Shown: positions 63,101 to 64,000 of the stretch, piece after piece
Numbering within the stretch: the stretch's first letter is position 1
How the letters are laid out: the number at the start of each line of letters is the position of its first letter
From: Eledone cirrhosa
Taxonomy: Eukaryota
DNA: 64,000 nt
NCBI GenBank assembly: GCA_964016885.1
Contig: OZ024754.1
Coordinates: 10,788,001-10,852,000 of the forward strand
Reading direction: 5' to 3'
Notes under the pieces: model-generated
What the model saw: only the letters and a program-made list of their open reading frames with translations
Database searches by the model: none
Told to the model about the DNA's origin: nothing
Program-made: the position numbers and the translations under genes

Positions 63101-63552
63101 AACTCTACAGGCATGGAGGTGCCGTCAGCCGGGCATGTCCGAGATGCGCGCAGGGCGACGAAACCGTCCTGCACGCACTCGTCCAGTGTCCGAAAATTGC
63201 TGACTTGTGGGTTTATGTCGAACACCTGCTGTCGCGTTTAGGACGGATCCAGCTATCATCTGAGTCCATCGTGAGGATTGCCCCGCCCTCCTCCTTTAGC
63301 CGGGAAGGGCAGGCAGTTTTTATCTGTCTGGTGGCCATGGCGAAAGAGATAGTATGGTGGACACGTTTGAAAGGGCTGAAGACGAGCACTTACCTCTTCG
63401 GTGATGCTCTGATTGACTTTTTCAAATTTCATTTGAAAAGGAAAATCAGAGTAGAGAGGGAAGTGCTCTCTTCCCAGCATTTTGTTGAAAGATGGGTGAG
63501 AGAAGCAAGAATGGCCCGAGTGAATGGGCCGACTCTGAGTATATATCTGTAA
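60133..63552 (+). CDS. LINE ORF2: APE endonuclease + reverse transcriptase + C-terminal zinc finger, 1139 aa
   Basis: EN motifs SINARGL, ISET, VYAP, GDWN, SYLDR, YTDH. RT motifs KSPGLDG, FRPITLLN, DQSKAFDRV, RQGCPLS, YADD. Zinc finger CPRC...HALVQC. Confidence 0.96.
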   Translation: MTSLRIGSINARGLGSSWKQGHLLNDLRSLNIDVVAISETRISEARAFAPIFGGYDVYASPSRPGSGGGVAVLFRRGLDLAIRAIFLDPEGKLVVLDVTSGDGQAFRLVAVYAPTGAGRPDFFRRLETFLGTSRSLVLVGDWNGILDARWDCVGLADRGGGCKSLTNLLRRFELSDRYRLDFPNVPMWTWTNRIGSSRSYLDRVFCREIDRSSIGCPQFKIVSYTDHKFVICVLDLDRLHRRGPGYWKLNASLPARKAYRDRISELVKRALTGAIVNNKWWFALKRAIRIESIRFSKALTIEKNRAEGELVRKLDEALSKGIATDVLAAKLALDQFFNAKHEGCVVRARVRALRHEGTKAVQWARVAEARRGNKATIRSLVDHDGRMLLDPGQMCEAFQRHFAQLFGGSGGPGRGMDFSVYLDGLPRLSATEAKCCEKPITAAEVREAMTGCTRGKSPGLDGLPYELYVQMPDLFGGLLADVYCNWQQNGRIPSSVSRGAVALLRKDPNKGDNIDNFRPITLLNTEFKILAKVLAKRLALVVGGLVGEAQTCAIPDRSIHDNLHLMRYIVERVAREPGTGGSLINLDQSKAFDRVDHRYLAAVLRAAGFGPVFRGWIAAMHSDICSVVRVNGHLSEPFNIMRSVRQGCPLSSLLYVLTLEPLLHKLETLRGVPRELGCGRSVSAYADDVTVVVSNAKHIEAIGTTLREYEAVTGAMINQEKSVGLQLGTWRGRSMPSNSVVGRWMDGPVKLLGVWFGPDLQTDKNWDEVTSRVASLTQKWAERKLSLKGRAEVANAYIASVICYRLTVVPCPKPRLTALERLLFRFLWKGRAPMVRRSICCQHPLRGGLGMPWLMMRRHALRLRHLHLFLDGDQVWSPFARRVFPQLVSLTELQSWVKRRPRGSAWRLECFQALTALDQSGNVIGGNSTSAFYRGLVEGKSDDVLGETLGVDENQLANLFGRTFGPGPMDNFQKSLAWQCYRGALPVRDKLYRHGGAVSRACPRCAQGDETVLHALVQCPKIADLWVYVEHLLSRLGRIQLSSESIVRIAPPSSFSREGQAVFICLVAMAKEIVWWTRLKGLKTSTYLFGDALIDFFKFHLKRKIRVEREVLSSQHFVERWVREARMARVNGPTLSIYL

Positions 63553-63830
63553 ACTAAAGGTGGAAAACTGGGAGAGGGCACTTGCCTTGGTGGTCAGGGT
63601 CATTGTGGCTTTTTACTGGGCTTTCTCCACAAATGTCCCTCCGAAGTCTCCCCCCTATTGGGGAATTTTTCATTGTTATTTTCATTGTTATTTTTGTTAC
63701 ATCCTCTGTTTTTGTTTTTTTACACGCAGAAATGCCCATTTGTACCGTCCTGCATTGTCCTGCACTGTCCTTAATGTCTACTTTATGTAAACCCTTGTGG
63801 TTAATAAAGAAATCATTATTATCATTATTA

Positions 63831-63870
<40 letters not shown>

Positions 63871-64000
63871 GGAGTGTTAGAGTCAGCTGAATCCACTTAA
63901 ATATCTTGTTACCACTTAATCTATTGAGACACAGAGTATGGAGAGTAAAGTTGATTGTGATGGGGATTTAACATGAAACTTACGCAGCCGGAATTTGATA

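Larger units (their letters stand above)
57786..63814 (+). mobile_element. Full-length non-LTR retrotransposon, L1/Tx1 clade, inserted in an (ATT)n microsatellite
   Basis: 5' UTR, ORF1, 35-nt spacer, ORF2, 3' UTR with AATAAA at 63803. (ATT)n lies on both sides, and the element is much more GC-rich than its flanks. Confidence 0.93.

Noticed and set aside
58110-63890. Many short overlapping ORFs within the LINE
   Set aside because: Shadow frames of the GC-rich ORF1/ORF2 and UTR; no independent motifs.

Overview
AT-rich, repeat-dense eukaryotic DNA. The SINE/RTE repertoire and microsatellite load suggest a mollusc, probably an octopod cephalopod (inference). It contains one complete 9-exon gene on the + strand, HAGH/glyoxalase II (14590-39167, about 301 aa, with a mitochondrial presequence exon). 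An intact two-ORF Tx1/L1-clade LINE (57786-63814) sits in an (ATT)n tract. There are also a decayed Penelope-like RT/GIY-YIG element, many RTE, CR1-like, RLE-type LINE, mariner, hAT, piggyBac-like and Helitron fragments, tRNA-derived SINEs and long microsatellites. The most striking unannotated signal is a set of ten readable type I hammerhead ribozyme motifs (CUGANGA-stem II-GAAA-stem III-UH) in small non-coding elements, most of which sit in or next to (TA)n tracts. These include a 515-bp unit with 90-bp terminal direct repeats and a canonical GUC hammerhead (retrozyme-like). They also include fold-back elements with perfect or near-perfect 176-177-bp arms whose copy-specific mutations are mirrored on both arms. 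All calls were made by eye, without database searches.
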